A stretch of 63,122 nt of DNA, filler included, from Octopus bimaculoides (GCF_001194135.2; 6 parts of 6 records of this genome joined end to end with filler, not necessarily neighbours in it); one strand, 5' to 3'; numbered from the whole stretch's first letter, positions 1 to 12,799 are shown. Numbers and translations are program-made. The notes: generated from the sequence alone by a model not told the origin.

Positions 1-40
<40 letters not shown>

Positions 41-706
41 GTATACATATGACATATATAATAATAATAATAATAAAGATGATGATGATGATGATAATAA
101 TTATATATATATATATGTATATATATATGTATATATATATATATGTTTATATATATATATATATATTTATATATATACATACATGCACATACACACCCAT
201 ATTTCCAAATACGTATGCTTATACAAATGTCTTGTAATTGATTAGGGCACACTCCAAGATACGTCCATTTATAAGCGTATATATGTGTATATATATATAT
301 ACATACATACATACATACATATATATATATATGTATGTATATGTATATATATCTCTATATACATATATATATATGTATGTATATACATATAAATGTATAT
401 TTATATCATATATATGCATAATATATTATATATATATATACATGTATATACACATACACATACAAGTATGCCCACACACAGTTAGCCCGTCTGACTGAGT
501 ACCAAGTATGCTATGTAAAAGTAGGTCGATAAATACTTAGATATTTGTCTATATGAATCTGCGTTCATATGCATATCTATATCTATTTATATCGATATTT
601 ATATCTGTATATATATATCTATAAACTATTTATCTTACTGATTTTTGTCAAACTATCTACCTCTACGTATTCGTCTAAATGTCTGTCTATCTGTCTGTTT
701 GTCTGT

Positions 707-880
707 CAGGTCTCGGAAGTGACCTTGGGAACAAGAATAGGCCCCAAGTATGCGAATCTGTTTGTTGGCTGCGTTGAAGCCCAAACATTCTCTCAGTTCA
801 CTTGTTCCACTCCTGAGCTGTACGGTCGTTACACTGACGACTGTATCGGCGCAACCCCACTCTCCTGCGAACATCTCATG
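707..880 (+). mobile_element. Penelope-like element reverse transcriptase fragment
   Basis: Translation LGTRIGPKYANLFVGCVE..TPELYGRYTDDCIGAT matches the PLE RT motifs GTxMGPxYANLFM and RYIDD. Confidence 0.7.
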
Positions 881-1014
881 GGTCTCCGAAAGCCCGGAAA
901 AATCATAAAAGTATGCCATGCGGGCTGCCCTTCTCTCTTTGAGGGAGTAATTGCCAGTAACCTCGTTGGTTTGTGACATCGTTGGTCTGTTTTGAGACAC
1001 AGCTTTGGGTCATA

Positions 1015-1105
1015 GTGGCTTTGTAGAATAGCAATATTGTGTTGATGTGTGGTCATTGTATGGTTATTGTGCGGTTTTTATGTGGTTATTGTGTGATTAT
1101 TGTTG
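1015..1105 (-). repeat. Short tract of the degenerate ~11-bp (caataaccaca) minisatellite, reverse orientation
   Basis: Repeated tgtggttattg-like units, the reverse complement of the units at 2470-2885. Confidence 0.6.
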
Positions 1106-1112
1106 TGGTCGT

Positions 1113-1287
1113 GAAGGCACATGGCTTAGTAGTTACAGTATTCAGCTCTCGTTCGTAAGGTCGTGAGTTCAATTCCTGCTGACGTGTTGTGCTTTCTAAA
1201 CAAGACACTTTATATCACGTTGCTCCAGTCCATTCAGCTGGCAAAAAGGAGTTGTACCTGTATTTCAAAGGGCCAGCCTTGTCACAC
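1113..1287 (+). mobile_element. tRNA-derived SINE family A, 3'-truncated
   Basis: A-box-like tggcttagtag and B-box-like gagttcaattcc; body shared with 55172-55490. Confidence 0.75.
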
Positions 1288-1289
1288 GT

Positions 1290-1578
1290 CCTTGGTTTGT
1301 AAACGTATATACGATAACGTCCTTTATTACTATTATTTATATATAATAATGTAAACGTGTAGCTTTTTTGTGCACTTTGTTTGCAGAAAATAAAGAAATA
1401 ACAGTAATAACGTCAGTGAAAAATAAATATTAAGTAAATTGCCTTTACATATTTATCACTTAGAAAATTTTGCTTAGAAAATATTTTTCATTTTTAACCT
1501 CGTACATAGAACGTATTAGAAATTTTGACCTTTAAATTTTTGGAAAAAAGTGCGGATTATACTCGAGGATTTACGGTA
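1290..1578. mobile_element. One terminus of a Tc2/pogo-like DNA element
   Basis: Ends in gtgcggattatactcgaggatttacgg followed by TA, a CCGTA-type TIR with TA target. Partner TIR not found and left boundary approximate. Confidence 0.4.
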
Positions 1579-2056
1579 TATACGAAGCACAATGAATATG
1601 TATCGGAGTTTGGTCAAAGCTAAGTTCTAATGGTTAGGTCAATAGCTTAGATCAAGCAGTAATACATCAAATATTCGCTTTGAGTAGAACGGTGCTGTGG
1701 CAACTAGTCACCTGCATCAAACTAGTACCCAAAACTAAAATTAGTCTGGCTGGATACTATTGCGTATATGTATATTACAAATAGGAAGAATGTTGAATCG
1801 TAGCAAGAAGACGTTGGAAAAGTATTAGGAAATTAAATGGCAGCGTAAGTTAAAAAAGTATGAAAGCATCTTTTCGGGATAGATGAAATAAGTACCAGTT
1901 GAGTTTAGGGGTCGATGAAATCGATTTACCCTTCCCCCCGAAATTGCTGGCTTTGTGCTAAAAATTGGAAACCATTATTATTGTTGTTGTTGTTGTAGCT
2001 GAAAGAAATGCCGTTAAACATTTTGACGCGTTAACGATTCTGCCAACGCGCTACAA

Positions 2057-2060
2057 TGAC

Positions 2061-2132
<72 letters not shown>
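2057..2132. repeat. (GAT)n microsatellite
   Basis: Direct reading. Confidence 0.95.
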
Positions 2133-2133
<1 letters not shown>

Positions 2134-2469
2134 AGCTGACTCAGTCCAAATACTGAAGTGATGCGTGTCTATAAAGTAAGTGTCAGAACTAAAAAATGTA
2201 AAATATGAAGTCTGTAGGTGGGGAAGCTTGACATTGGCATTGTTTTGGTGGTGGTGGCTAATGAGGAAGAGGAGGAGAGGTTAGAAGTGTGACATTAAGA
2301 GTTGGGTATGCACTTGTGGTGGTAGTGGCGGCAGGGGTGGCGGCGGGTCCTGCTACTGAGGTGGTGATGGTAGAAGTGACGGAGGTGTGGATCGCTGATC
2401 GCACAACATTGTGTAAATAAACTTATTTCGTTTCTGAGTAAAATTTCAGACGAGTAGAATGAAACGGCA

Positions 2470-2885
2470 ACAATAATAACCGCACAATCGTTGCATAATA
2501 ACCACAGAATAATCGTAGGATTACCACGCAATAACCATGCAATGACCACGCAATAACCACGCAATAATCACACAAAGGCCATAGAATAAACGTACAATGG
2601 CCTCGCAATAATCACACAATAACCACACAGTAACCACACAATGGCCACACAATAACCACAGAATAATCGTACAACGCTCACGTAATGACCACACAATAAC
2701 CACACAGTGGTCACAGAATAATCACAGAATAACCGTACAATGAGCACGCAATAATCACACTATGACTACGCTATAACCACACAATAAGTAAACAATAGTC
2801 ATATAATAACCTCAAAATGAGGCCCACAATAACCGTACAATAGCCATATAATAATCAGAAAATAACTATGCAGTAATCACAACAA
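2470..2885 (+). repeat. Degenerate ~11-bp minisatellite (caataaccaca / gaataatcgta variants)
   Basis: Dozens of related units read directly. Confidence 0.85.
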
Positions 2886-2889
2886 TACT

Positions 2890-3260
2890 GGGACTCCATC
2901 GGTTACGACAACTAGGGTTCCTTGTTCATCCGATCAACGGAACAGCCTGCTCGTGAAATTAACGTGCAAGTGGCTGAGCACTCCACAGACACGTGTACCC
3001 TTAACGTAGTTCTCGGGGAGATTCACCGTGACACAGAGTGTGACAAGGCTGGCCCTTTGAAATAGGGGTACAACAGAAAGAGTGAGAGAAAGTTGTGGTG
3101 AAAGAGTACAGCAGGGTTCGCCACCATCCCCTGCCGGAGCTTCGTGGAGCTTTAGGTGTTTTCGCTTAATAAACACTCACAATGCCCGGTCTAGGAATCG
3201 AAACCGCGATCCTACGACCGCGAGTCCGCTGTCCTAACCAGTGGGCCATTGCGCCTTCAC
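2890..3260 (-). mobile_element. tRNA-derived SINE family A, near full length
   Basis: Minus-strand head ggcgcaatggcccactggttaggacagcggactcgcggtcgtaggatcgcggtttcgattcc with Pol III A/B boxes; near-identical to 37287-37541; 3' part shared with 55172-55490. Confidence 0.85.
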
Positions 3261-3463
3261 TGAATAGATATTTAACCACTTGATTAATAGCGAAGGAGTA
3301 GAAGTCAGCCGATGCGTGTTGTTGATATTGGTGTAATGAGTCTCCCTAGATACAACAAAATTTGTTTCAACACACGAGTTCACATAAAGAATCTTGTAAA
3401 CCAAATAAAAAAATCGAAATTGTTATTGTTGTGATATTGTCTAACACGTAGTTTGCTCAAACA

Positions 3464-3580
3464 TTTACTCTTTTACTCTTTTACTTGTTTCAGTCATTTG
3501 ACTACGGCCATGCTGGAGCACCGCCTTTAGTCGAGCAAATCGACCCCAGGACTTATTCTTTGGAAGCCCAGTACACACAC
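3464..3580 (-). mobile_element. SINE family C, 3' end (tail (gtaaaaga)n)
   Basis: Matches 55997-56100; runs into an N gap. Confidence 0.8.
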
Positions 3581-4260
3581 ACACACACACACACACTGTC
3601 TCTATCTNNNNNNNNNNNNNNNNNNNNNNNNNNNNNNNNNNNNNNNNNNNNNNNNNNNNNNNNNNNNNNNNNNNNNNNNNNNNNNNNNNNNNNNNNNNNN
3701 NNNNNNNNNNNNNNNNNNNNNNNNNNNNNNNNNNNNNNNNNNNNNNNNNNNNNNNNNNNNNNNNNNNNNNNNNNNNNNNNNNNNNNNNNNNNNNNNNNNN
3801 NNNNNNNNNNNNNNNNNNNNNNNNNNNNNNNNNNNNNNNNNNNNNNNNNNNNNNNNNNNNNNNNNNNNNNNNNNNNNNNNNNNNNNNNNNNNNNNNNNNN
3901 NNNNNNNNNNNNNNNNNNNNNNNNNNNNNNNNNNNNNNNNNNNNNNNNNNNNNNNNNNNNNNNNNNNNNNNNNNNNNNNNNNNNNNNNNNNNNNNNNNNN
4001 NNNNNNNNNNNNNNNNNNNNNNNNNNNNNNNNNNNNNNNNNNNNNNNNNNNNNNNNNNNNNNNNNNNNNNNNNNNNNNNNNNNNNNNNNNNNNNNNNNNN
4101 NNNNNNNNNNNNNNNNNNNNNNNNNNNNNNNNNNNNNNNNNNNNNNNNNNNNCAGAGGAAGAGGAGATATTTTTCTCGGACGCGTAGATGTCTCAGCGCT
4201 GTATAACGGTAAGAAAGGTGTTTTCACGAAGCCTGCATATTATTATTACGTAAGCAAAGA

Positions 4261-4437
4261 GGCGGGATGGCAGAATCGTTAGCATGCCGGGCGAAATGCT
4301 TCGATTTTACCTTTCATCCTTTCGCGGTCAATGAAATAAGTGCCAGATGCGCATTGGGGTCGATGTAATCGACTAACCCCTTTCCCCCACCAAAAAAAAA
4401 AAAAAAATTTCAAGGCCTTGTGCCTAGAGTAGATATA
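4261..4437 (+). mobile_element. tRNA-derived SINE family B, internally deleted, with a 19-bp target-site duplication
   Basis: attattacgtaagcaaaga at both 4242-4260 and 4438-4456; body shared with 53539-53780. Confidence 0.85.
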
Positions 4438-4526
4438 ATTATTACGTAAGCAAAGATATCTATTTGAATGTTATGCAAACATGTATTGTATATGGAGGAG
4501 CAGGAAGGAGTTCCAAGTGGGAACTT

Positions 4527-4572
4527 AGGGTTAGGGTTAGGGTTAGGGTTAACAGGGTTATGGTTAGGGTTA
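4527..4572 (+). repeat. Short interstitial (TTAGGG)n tract
   Basis: Four perfect TTAGGG units (4527-4550), then degenerate units. Confidence 0.85.
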
Positions 4573-4694
4573 TGTAACAGGAAAATATAAAATGCATACA
4601 GAATCAGGTGAAGACTTGAAGATAATTTGCTGGGATGAGTATGAGGACAGAAGTATATATTGTATAAAGATAAGTGTACATGCATCTCTCTCTT

Positions 4695-4731
<37 letters not shown>

Positions 4732-5379
4732 NNNNNNNNNNGATAGAGAGATCGTAGGTGGTTTGGCTCTGAGTTTTGAACGAGTGAAGAGGAATTGAAA
4801 GAATAGCTTGCCTTAAGAGATATAAAATAATAGGAATAAGAAGAAAGAGAAAGAAGTGAAGAAGAAGAGGAAGGAAACGAATAATAATAAGGAAATTAGA
4901 ATAATAATTGTAAGGAGATTAAGAAGAAGAAGAAGAAGAAGAAGGATGATTATGAAGATGAAGAAGCGCGTAAATTAACGGAAAGAAAGGAAAATGGCGT
5001 ACATAAAAATACCACATGATGTCAGTATCAACCGGAAACTATAATGGAGAATGCCTTAAAGTTACAAAAATGCTTGGTGATATTTCTAAGCAAGCAGGTT
5101 ATGTAATATCGAAACACTCACAAGTGAACAGGATTTCATAATAATTGTTAAAGATGAACACGAAATATAATCAAGTCATTGATTTTTCTTTCTGCTAAAC
5201 CCTTTGACGGAACCAGTCCGCCCAAAGGAAAAATGGGGGCGGAGGGTTTGGTGAAAATCGATTGGTACAGATGCCTATCAAAATCATTTCTTAGGATTAT
5301 GCGACAATATAGGAATATCTTAGGAGCTAACTCAACCTGTTAGAAATAACAGTTCCTGGACAAATTCCTCGAATAAATT

Positions 5380-5870
5380 CCAAATGAGGCATTATCCACC
5401 CAGAGTACTAGAGTCGTAGAAATGTAAGACAAGAAGTTAGAAAATAATAGGCCAGATATTACAATCATAAATAAGGCAAAGTGAAGCTGCTTTCTTATCG
5501 ACCCATCATGTCCGTTTGATTCTAGGATCGTAAAGAAAGAGGAAGAAAAACAAAGAAAATACAATCCCTTAAAATTTGAAATAGGAAGAATTTGGAGCAT
5601 GCGGACAGTAAAGGTTGTGCTAATAATAATTGGTGCTTTGGTAACAGAAAGCCAAGATGTAGACAAATGGTTGAAGGGAATTGAAATAGAATGCCCGGTA
5701 GAGCTCCTACAGAAAGTTTGTTTCATAGGGACAGCAAGGATTATCAAGAGGGTTCTAAGCACTTGAAAGACTGCTGAAAACGTGTGGATGCCTAAGGTTA
5801 CACGTAGTAACCCACTACCATATAAATCCCACCAAGAATAAGACCAAACCTGAGCTTTGTTTCTATAATA
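5380..5870 (+). mobile_element. R4/Dong-like (REL endonuclease) LINE, 3' fragment 1
   Basis: Translation NNRPDITII..FLIDPSCPFDSRI..KEEEKQRKY..VKVVLIIIGALVT..LQKVCFIGTARII fits the PD-(D/E)xK REL domain; contains stop codons. Confidence 0.8.
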
Positions 5871-5871
5871 G

Positions 5872-6084
5872 TAATAATGGTTTCAAATTTTGGCACAAAA
5901 CCAGCAATTTCGAGAACGAGGGTAAGTCGATTACATGGGCTCCAGTGCTCAACAGGTACTTATTTTATCGAAAGGATGAAAGGCGAAGTTGACGTCTGCT
6001 GAATTTGAACTTAGAAGATACAGGTAGACAGAATACAGCTAAGCATTTTGCCCGGCGTGCTAACGATTCTGCCAACTCGTCGCC

Positions 6085-6085
<1 letters not shown>
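5872..6085 (-). mobile_element. tRNA-derived SINE family B
   Basis: Reverse complement of the 53539-53780 body; head aggcgacgagttggcagaatcgttagcac. Confidence 0.8.

Positions 6086-6086
<1 letters not shown>

Positions 6087-6165
<79 letters not shown>
6087..6165. repeat. (TAA)n microsatellite, 5' flank of the Dong-like insertion
   Basis: Direct reading. Confidence 0.95.
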
Positions 6166-7556
6166 GGTGTGTTAGTCTTGAAGATAGGCAAAATCAGATG
6201 CATGGACGGGCTAGCGGTACCGTCAGGAAAGGTTATGAAGCAGACAGAAGAGACGGGCTATAAGTACTTGGGGATACTGGAAATGGATAAATTGATGGAA
6301 AAAGAAATGACAGAAAAATTTACGGTGGAGTACTTGTGCAGACTGAAACTGATCCTTAAGTCGAAATTAAACGGACAGAATAAGATTGAAGCTATCAATA
6401 CCCGGGCGGTTTCACTCCTTAGATATGGAGTAGGGGTAATCGCATGGGCAGTAGACGGACTAAACAGCTTAGACTGAAAGACAAGGAAGTTGCTGACTAG
6501 ATATGGGATACTCCACCCCAAAAGTGACAAAGTGACACAGACAGACTGTATGTACCGAGAAAAAGAGGGGGGAAGAGGACTGATTGGATGCGAACACAGC
6601 ATTAGAGAAGGAGAAAAGAACATAGCATGGTATGTAAAAAATGCCACAGAACCACTATTATTGGAAGTAAGAAGATCAGGCTTGTGTAGGATGGAAGATT
6701 GCAAAGATAAAGTGCTGTACAAGGACTTGCGAATGAATGGAACTGAAAATAGGTGGGTAAAGAAAAGAATGTATGGACAATTTCATAGGTTTGTTGAAGA
6801 TAAAACAGACAGAGAAAAAAGATGGCTGCGGAGGCACTATAATCTATGCTGCCCAAGACCAAGCATTAGGAACCAATTACATCAAATACAGAATAGACAA
6901 CACGTCAGAAGGTGATAAGTGCAGAATTTGTGGACAAAACTGTGAAACCGTATGACATATTACCAGTCAATGTACGCCACTAGCACAGAAAGAATATAAG
7001 AGACATCATGACAACATAGCAAGGATTGTCCATTGGAAACTTTGCAACAAGTATGGACTTGATAAAGCGAAAAAGTGGTACGAACATAAATCCGACGGCA
7101 GCATCGGAAATGATAATGCAAAGATCCTATGGGATCTTATGATTCAGTGCGGCCATGAGATAGAGAATAGGAAACCAGACATAGTTTTAATTGAGAAAGA
7201 GAACAAACTATGCTGGATCATAGATATAGCATGCCCAGCTTACAACAAGGTATACGATAAGGAAGAAAGAAAAGTCGATAGATATGAAAGGTTAGCTTGG
7301 GAGGTCAAGCAGTTGTGTTCGCTGAAAAAAGGTGGTAGTTGTACCAATAATTGTCGGAATCTTGGGAACAGTGAGTAAAAATCTTGAGAAATATATGGAA
7401 CAAATAAGGGATGCAATAAGGGTGGAGCACTTGCAGAAAACAGCACTGTCTGGAACCGCTCGAATACTCGAAAATAAGTGGTGTTACCTTAGTTTACTGG
7501 TAGTGAACAACTGACACCGTAGTACATCTCCAGCGTTAGAAGCTGTGCAAAGACAA
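6166..7556 (+). mobile_element. R4/Dong-like LINE, 5'-truncated pseudogenised copy 2
   Basis: RT C-terminus YKYLGILE, CCHC knuckle CRICGQNCETV*HITSQC, REL domain RKPDIVLI..IIDIACP..VVPIIVGILGT; frameshifts and stops; (TAA)n on both sides. Confidence 0.9.
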
Positions 7557-7557
7557 T

Positions 7558-7990
7558 AAAATAATAATAATAATAATAATAGTGATTTTAATATCCTCCT
7601 CCTCCTCCTTATTGTTATTATTGTTATCATTGTTATTATTATCATTGGTGTTGTTGTTTTTATTATACGCTGTTAACGTTAATATACAATTTTTATAATG
7701 ATCAATATTATTATGGCTATCCTCGTCAGTATCATCCTCAATTGCATCATCATCATCATCTACCATCACCACCAGCACCAGCGTCGTTATCATCATCATC
7801 ATTATCATCATCATCGTCGTCGTCGTCGTCGTCGCCGTCATCGTCAGCCTACTCCTGACCACCACCACGACCGCCACCACAGTCACCACTATCACCTCCT
7901 CCTCCTCATCATCATCATCATCCTCTTCGTCGTCATCATCGTCATCGTCATCATCATCATCATCATCATCATCGTCATCGTCAACATCAA

Positions 7991-8030
<40 letters not shown>

Positions 8031-8255
8031 GTCATCATCATCATATCCATCANNNNNNNNNNNNNNNNNNNNNNNNNNNNNNNNNNNNNNNNNNNNNNNN
8101 NNNNNNNNNNNNNNNNNNNNNNNNNNNNNNNNNNNNNNNNNNNNNNNNNCTCCCCCACCTGCTCCCTTTATATCACCAAAATCACCACCACCACCACCAC
8201 CACCGCTCACCATCAACACCACCTCGACTCCCCCTCCCCCATCCCACTACATACT
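7558..8255. repeat. Mosaic trinucleotide microsatellite block (TAA/CAT/CGT/CAC) with an internal gap
   Basis: Direct reading. Confidence 0.9.
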
Positions 8256-8903
8256 TAATCTTTAATTGAAAAGTTGCTGTTGTATGTTTCATTCAGTATT
8301 TGCCCAGTAAATATTGATAAATAATATAATATCCATAATTTGCGCTGGAAAAATTGGTGGCGCTGGCTGCGGTGTCGGTGGTGGTGGTGGTGGTGGCTAT
8401 GATGGGGCTGTTTGCGGCGGAAGTGGAGAGAAAAAAAATAAACAACAAGCAGTTTGGTGGAGACGGCAGCCATGTTCTTCCATTGATTATCATTAAAAAC
8501 TTCACGTTAAGTTTCAAATTAAATTTCTGGGTGTGGGTATGTGTATGTACACATAAGTGTGTATGCGTATATGTATGTTACCTACGTGTGAATGTATTTA
8601 CGAATGCAAATATGCGTGTATTTATTCATACGGGCGTGCATGTATGTTTGGACGTATGTATGAATATATTTCAGTGTGTCGTATGGCTGCATTTATGTGG
8701 GTTTATGCAGATTATGTATTTATGTTCGTTTCTTTGTGATTATGCTTGTACGTATTGTACACGAACATGTGTCTATGTCGCTCATGTACGAACATGTGTC
8801 TCTATATAATTATTTAAAAACGTATGAGTTTACGTAGGTGAACACGTGTAAGAATATAAGCTTGTATAGACAACTGCATATATAAATATGCTTGAGCGCG
8901 CGC

Positions 8904-8955
<52 letters not shown>

Positions 8956-9121
8956 ATGTGTGTGTGTGTGTGTATGTGTGTGTGTGTATGCAAATAAATA
9001 TGCTTGTACATGTGTGTGTGTGAGTGTATATCTGTGTTCTACGTGCATGTATGCATATACGTATGTACGGCTGTGGTTGGCCGCTTAGGTTCTGGTGTAG
9101 AGTGACATACCTTATTCCTCC

Positions 9122-9216
9122 CCTTCTTCTTCTTCTTCTTCTTCTTCTTCTTCTTCTTCTTCTTCTTCTTCTTCTTCTTCTTCTTCTTCTTCTTCTTCTT
9201 CTTCTTCTTCTTCTTC
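9122..9216. repeat. (CTT)n microsatellite running into a gap
   Basis: Direct reading. Confidence 0.95.
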
Positions 9217-9775
9217 NNNNNNNNNNNNNNNNNNNNNNNNNNNNNNNNNNNNNNNNNNNNNNNNNNNNNNNNNNNNNNNNNNNNNNNNNNNNNNNNNNNN
9301 NNNNNNNNNNNNNNNNNNNNNNNNNNNNNNNNNNNNNNNNNNNNNNNNNNNNNNNNNNNNNNNNNNNNNNNNNNNNNNNNNNNNNNNNNNNNNNNNNNNN
9401 NNNNNNNNNNNNNNNNNNNNNNNNNNNNNNNNNNNNNNNNNNNNNNNNNNNNNNNNNNNNNNNNNNNNNNNNNNNNNNNNNNNNNNNNNNNNNNNNNNNN
9501 NNNNNNNNNNNNNNNNNNNNNNNNNNNNNNNNNNNNNNNNNNNNNNNNNNNNNNNNNNNNNNNNNNNNNNNNNNNNNNNNNNNNNNNNNNNNNNNNNNNN
9601 NNNNNNNNNNNNNNNNNNNNNNNNNNNNNNNNNNNNNNNNNNNNNNNNNNNNNNNNNNNNNNNNNNNNNNNNNNNNNNNNNNNNNNNNNNNNNNNNNNNN
9701 NNNNNNNNNNNNNNNNNNNNNNNNNNNNNNNNNNNNNNNNNNATATATATATATATATATGTGTGTATGTATGTG

Positions 9776-9808
<33 letters not shown>

Positions 9809-9925
9809 TTGTATATGTACTTATGTATACATTTATACATATTTGCACATGTACATACATATATGTATGTATATGTGTGTATATACATGTATATATATAT
9901 TTTCATATATATATACATATATATA

Positions 9926-9959
<34 letters not shown>

Positions 9960-10079
9960 TGCATAGGTATGCGTATTATATTTATTATACATACACACCC
10001 GTATACACATACGTATATACGGGTGTGTATCAGTATTCATCTTTAGGCAGGCATGTATACAATCTCTCGTTATTGTTTC

Positions 10080-10127
10080 CTTGTTGCCTTGTTGTTGATG
10101 TTGTTCTTGTTTTGCTAATATTGTTGC

Positions 10128-10163
<36 letters not shown>

Positions 10164-10337
10164 CGTTGTTGTTGTTATTGTTGTTTATATCTGTCTATCC
10201 AGCCATTGTCATTCATTATTTTTAACAACGTCTCTCTTGATATAATATTGATAATGCTTACAGCAAACAGCAAACAGCAAACAGAAAACAACAGCAATAA
10301 TATTGACGATCATAAACTACTACTACTACTACAACTG

Positions 10338-10394
<57 letters not shown>

Positions 10395-10474
10395 ATAATA
10401 ATAATAATAATAACAATAATAATATTAATAATAATAATAATAATATTAATAATAATAATAATAATAATAACAAC

Positions 10475-10547
<73 letters not shown>

Positions 10548-10618
10548 ATAATCAGAAAAGGAAGAACATGAACCACAATATATGAACTACAACAACGCCA
10601 ACTATGATGACGACGACG

Positions 10619-10654
<36 letters not shown>

Positions 10655-10770
10655 GCAGTAATAATGATATGGCTGTTCAAAATGAAGACCATTACCGTTA
10701 TTCACTCGTCGCCCTTATTGCAATAAAAGAATGTAATATTATTATAAATAACATTCATAGTAAGTATCAT

Positions 10771-10832
<62 letters not shown>

Positions 10833-10961
10833 TTAATAAGAACAACAATGATTGATTTTTGCGACAAAGGAATATTGATTGATCGTAATATACAATAACA
10901 AAAAAAAAAAAGAAATATTAACAACAATAATATAATTAATAATAATGATGATAATGATTAC

Positions 10962-11015
<54 letters not shown>

Positions 11016-11030
11016 AACAACAACAATCAT
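10080..11030. repeat. Compound (GTT)n/(TAC)n/(TAA)n/(CAA)n microsatellite region
   Basis: Direct reading. Confidence 0.9.
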
Positions 11031-11426
11031 AATGGTTTCCTTATTTGCAACAAGGGCATAGAATCGGGGACATTAGAAAGGGATAAAAGTCGAGGTGTTA
11101 CATCGAATGTAAAATAGCGAAAGAGAAATATAAAATTATCGGTTGACTAGAAAATCTTGCAAGATGGCGTCTTCCTCCTTCATTTCTGCCCCACTTTTTA
11201 TTACGTGTTTAATCACTCGAAAAGAATAATGTATAAAGAATAAAGAAAAGAAAAGAAAAGAAAAGAAAAGCAGGCAATCACTGTAAATCTTGTGATGTCT
11301 TGTCCTTTTAAAAAAATTTCGACCCCAAATTTGAACGGAACAGAAATACAATGATGAGGCGTAATTGAGTTCGAAATATTAGTACGTGTATGGTACTGAA
11401 ATTTTCGATTGCAAAACCGAACAATA

Positions 11427-11532
<106 letters not shown>

Positions 11533-11922
11533 TGGAAATCCAGACGTTTCAAGGCTTTTTTTTTTTTAGTACAGGCAGTTATAACTATCCGAAATTATTT
11601 TAATTTTAATATATCCTTACTATGCGTCTAATAAGCAGCATTGAAGTAAGAGGACCCTATTTTGAAAGCGATGAGAGCTTTGTACTTAATAAATGTCTAC
11701 CCTAAAAAGTCTCAGAACTTCTGGAAGATACCTCGTACATATCTACATAAGCATACATACATACTTACAAACATATATACATACATACACACACATACAT
11801 ACACACACATACATACACACACNNNNNNNNNNNNNNNNNNNNNNNNNNNNNNNNNNNNNNNNNNNNTTAATTAATTAANNNNNNNNNNNNNNNNNNNNNN
11901 NNNNNNNNNNNNNNNNNNNNNN

Positions 11923-11980
<58 letters not shown>

Positions 11981-12199
11981 ACATACATACATACATACAT
12001 AATTCGTTTGCTTATCCAGAAATTTCTGTGAAAATTTTGTGTTGGTTACTCGTATTACTCTTAAAAAACGTGCCCTTAATAGACCTAATTTTCCCAGAAA
12101 GATATCTACCTACCTTTTATTTCTCAACTACAGGATTGACCATATTGTACATTCTAATAGTCGTTTAAAACCTCAGTTTCTCTGCTTTTATCCCAAGGG

Positions 12200-12790
12200 A
12201 TTTCCTGTAGAATTGATAATATCTTCTCTTCTGATCCGACAAGTTGCTATTGCTGCAATATATATGACTTCCTTCATCCATGATCAATTAGGTTTCAATA
12301 GATGCCTAATAATCTGGTCTGCTATTATTTTTTCAGGTCAAATCTCCACTTGTATTAGTCAGGAATGAGATGAATATAGTCAGAAACCCAGCAAAAATAA
12401 TCGCGGCTAAACTTATGGATGAACCAATATGCTCTAGTTTGTGTACATAAAATTTGCGAGCAGTTCTCAGCAAAATAGTTGGCCACATGGTTTACTGATA
12501 TAAAAAAATCAGACAATTCTCGTCTAACATTACTCTTCGAGAAATTGACTCACAAATAAAGAATTCTAGCTGGAAAGCCTAGATACACGATCCAGCAATT
12601 TGCTTCTATAGCCAAAGTTCTGTTCTTTTGTATTAGCTTCTGTTTTTCAGTCTCTTGTTGCTAAAATATTTTATAGTTTCTGTCTCATGCATATTTCAGT
12701 TTCTGGTACACTTGTCTCGCCCATGATAATGTGAAATCTATTGAACCTGAGATCATGCTTGTTGACGTCTTTCTTTCTTCTGTCAACTTT
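12200..12790 (-). mobile_element. Possible very old LINE RT remnant
   Basis: Minus-strand SGDLT*KNNSR resembles the KSGDLT..NYRGI RT-domain motif; heavily decayed. Confidence 0.25.
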
Positions 12791-12799
12791 TCTTACTTA

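Noticed and set aside
39-498. YI/YT/HT/CV/poly-I/poly-N type ORFs here and throughout the ORF track
   Set aside because: Translations of di-, tri- and tetranucleotide microsatellites, which lack stops in some frames.
2890-3260. tRNA-like A/B boxes in SINE heads as possible tRNA genes
   Set aside because: They continue into multi-copy SINE bodies, and I could not build a complete cloverleaf.
3485-4282. Long ORFs made mostly of X (also 8810-10046, 36273-37404, 38229-39105, 57495-58675, 59987-60939, 61189-62661)
   Set aside because: They run through N gaps and are not real reading frames.
7536-8258. Asp-, His- or Ile-rich ORFs open in several frames
   Set aside because: Mosaic trinucleotide repeat with no splice or homology support.
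11867-11878. TTAATTAATTAA islands centred in N runs (also 18791-18802, 34720-34731, 41755-41766, 54071-54082)
   Set aside because: An identical 12-mer with stops in all six frames, always flanked by N runs of similar length, is an artificial contig-join marker.
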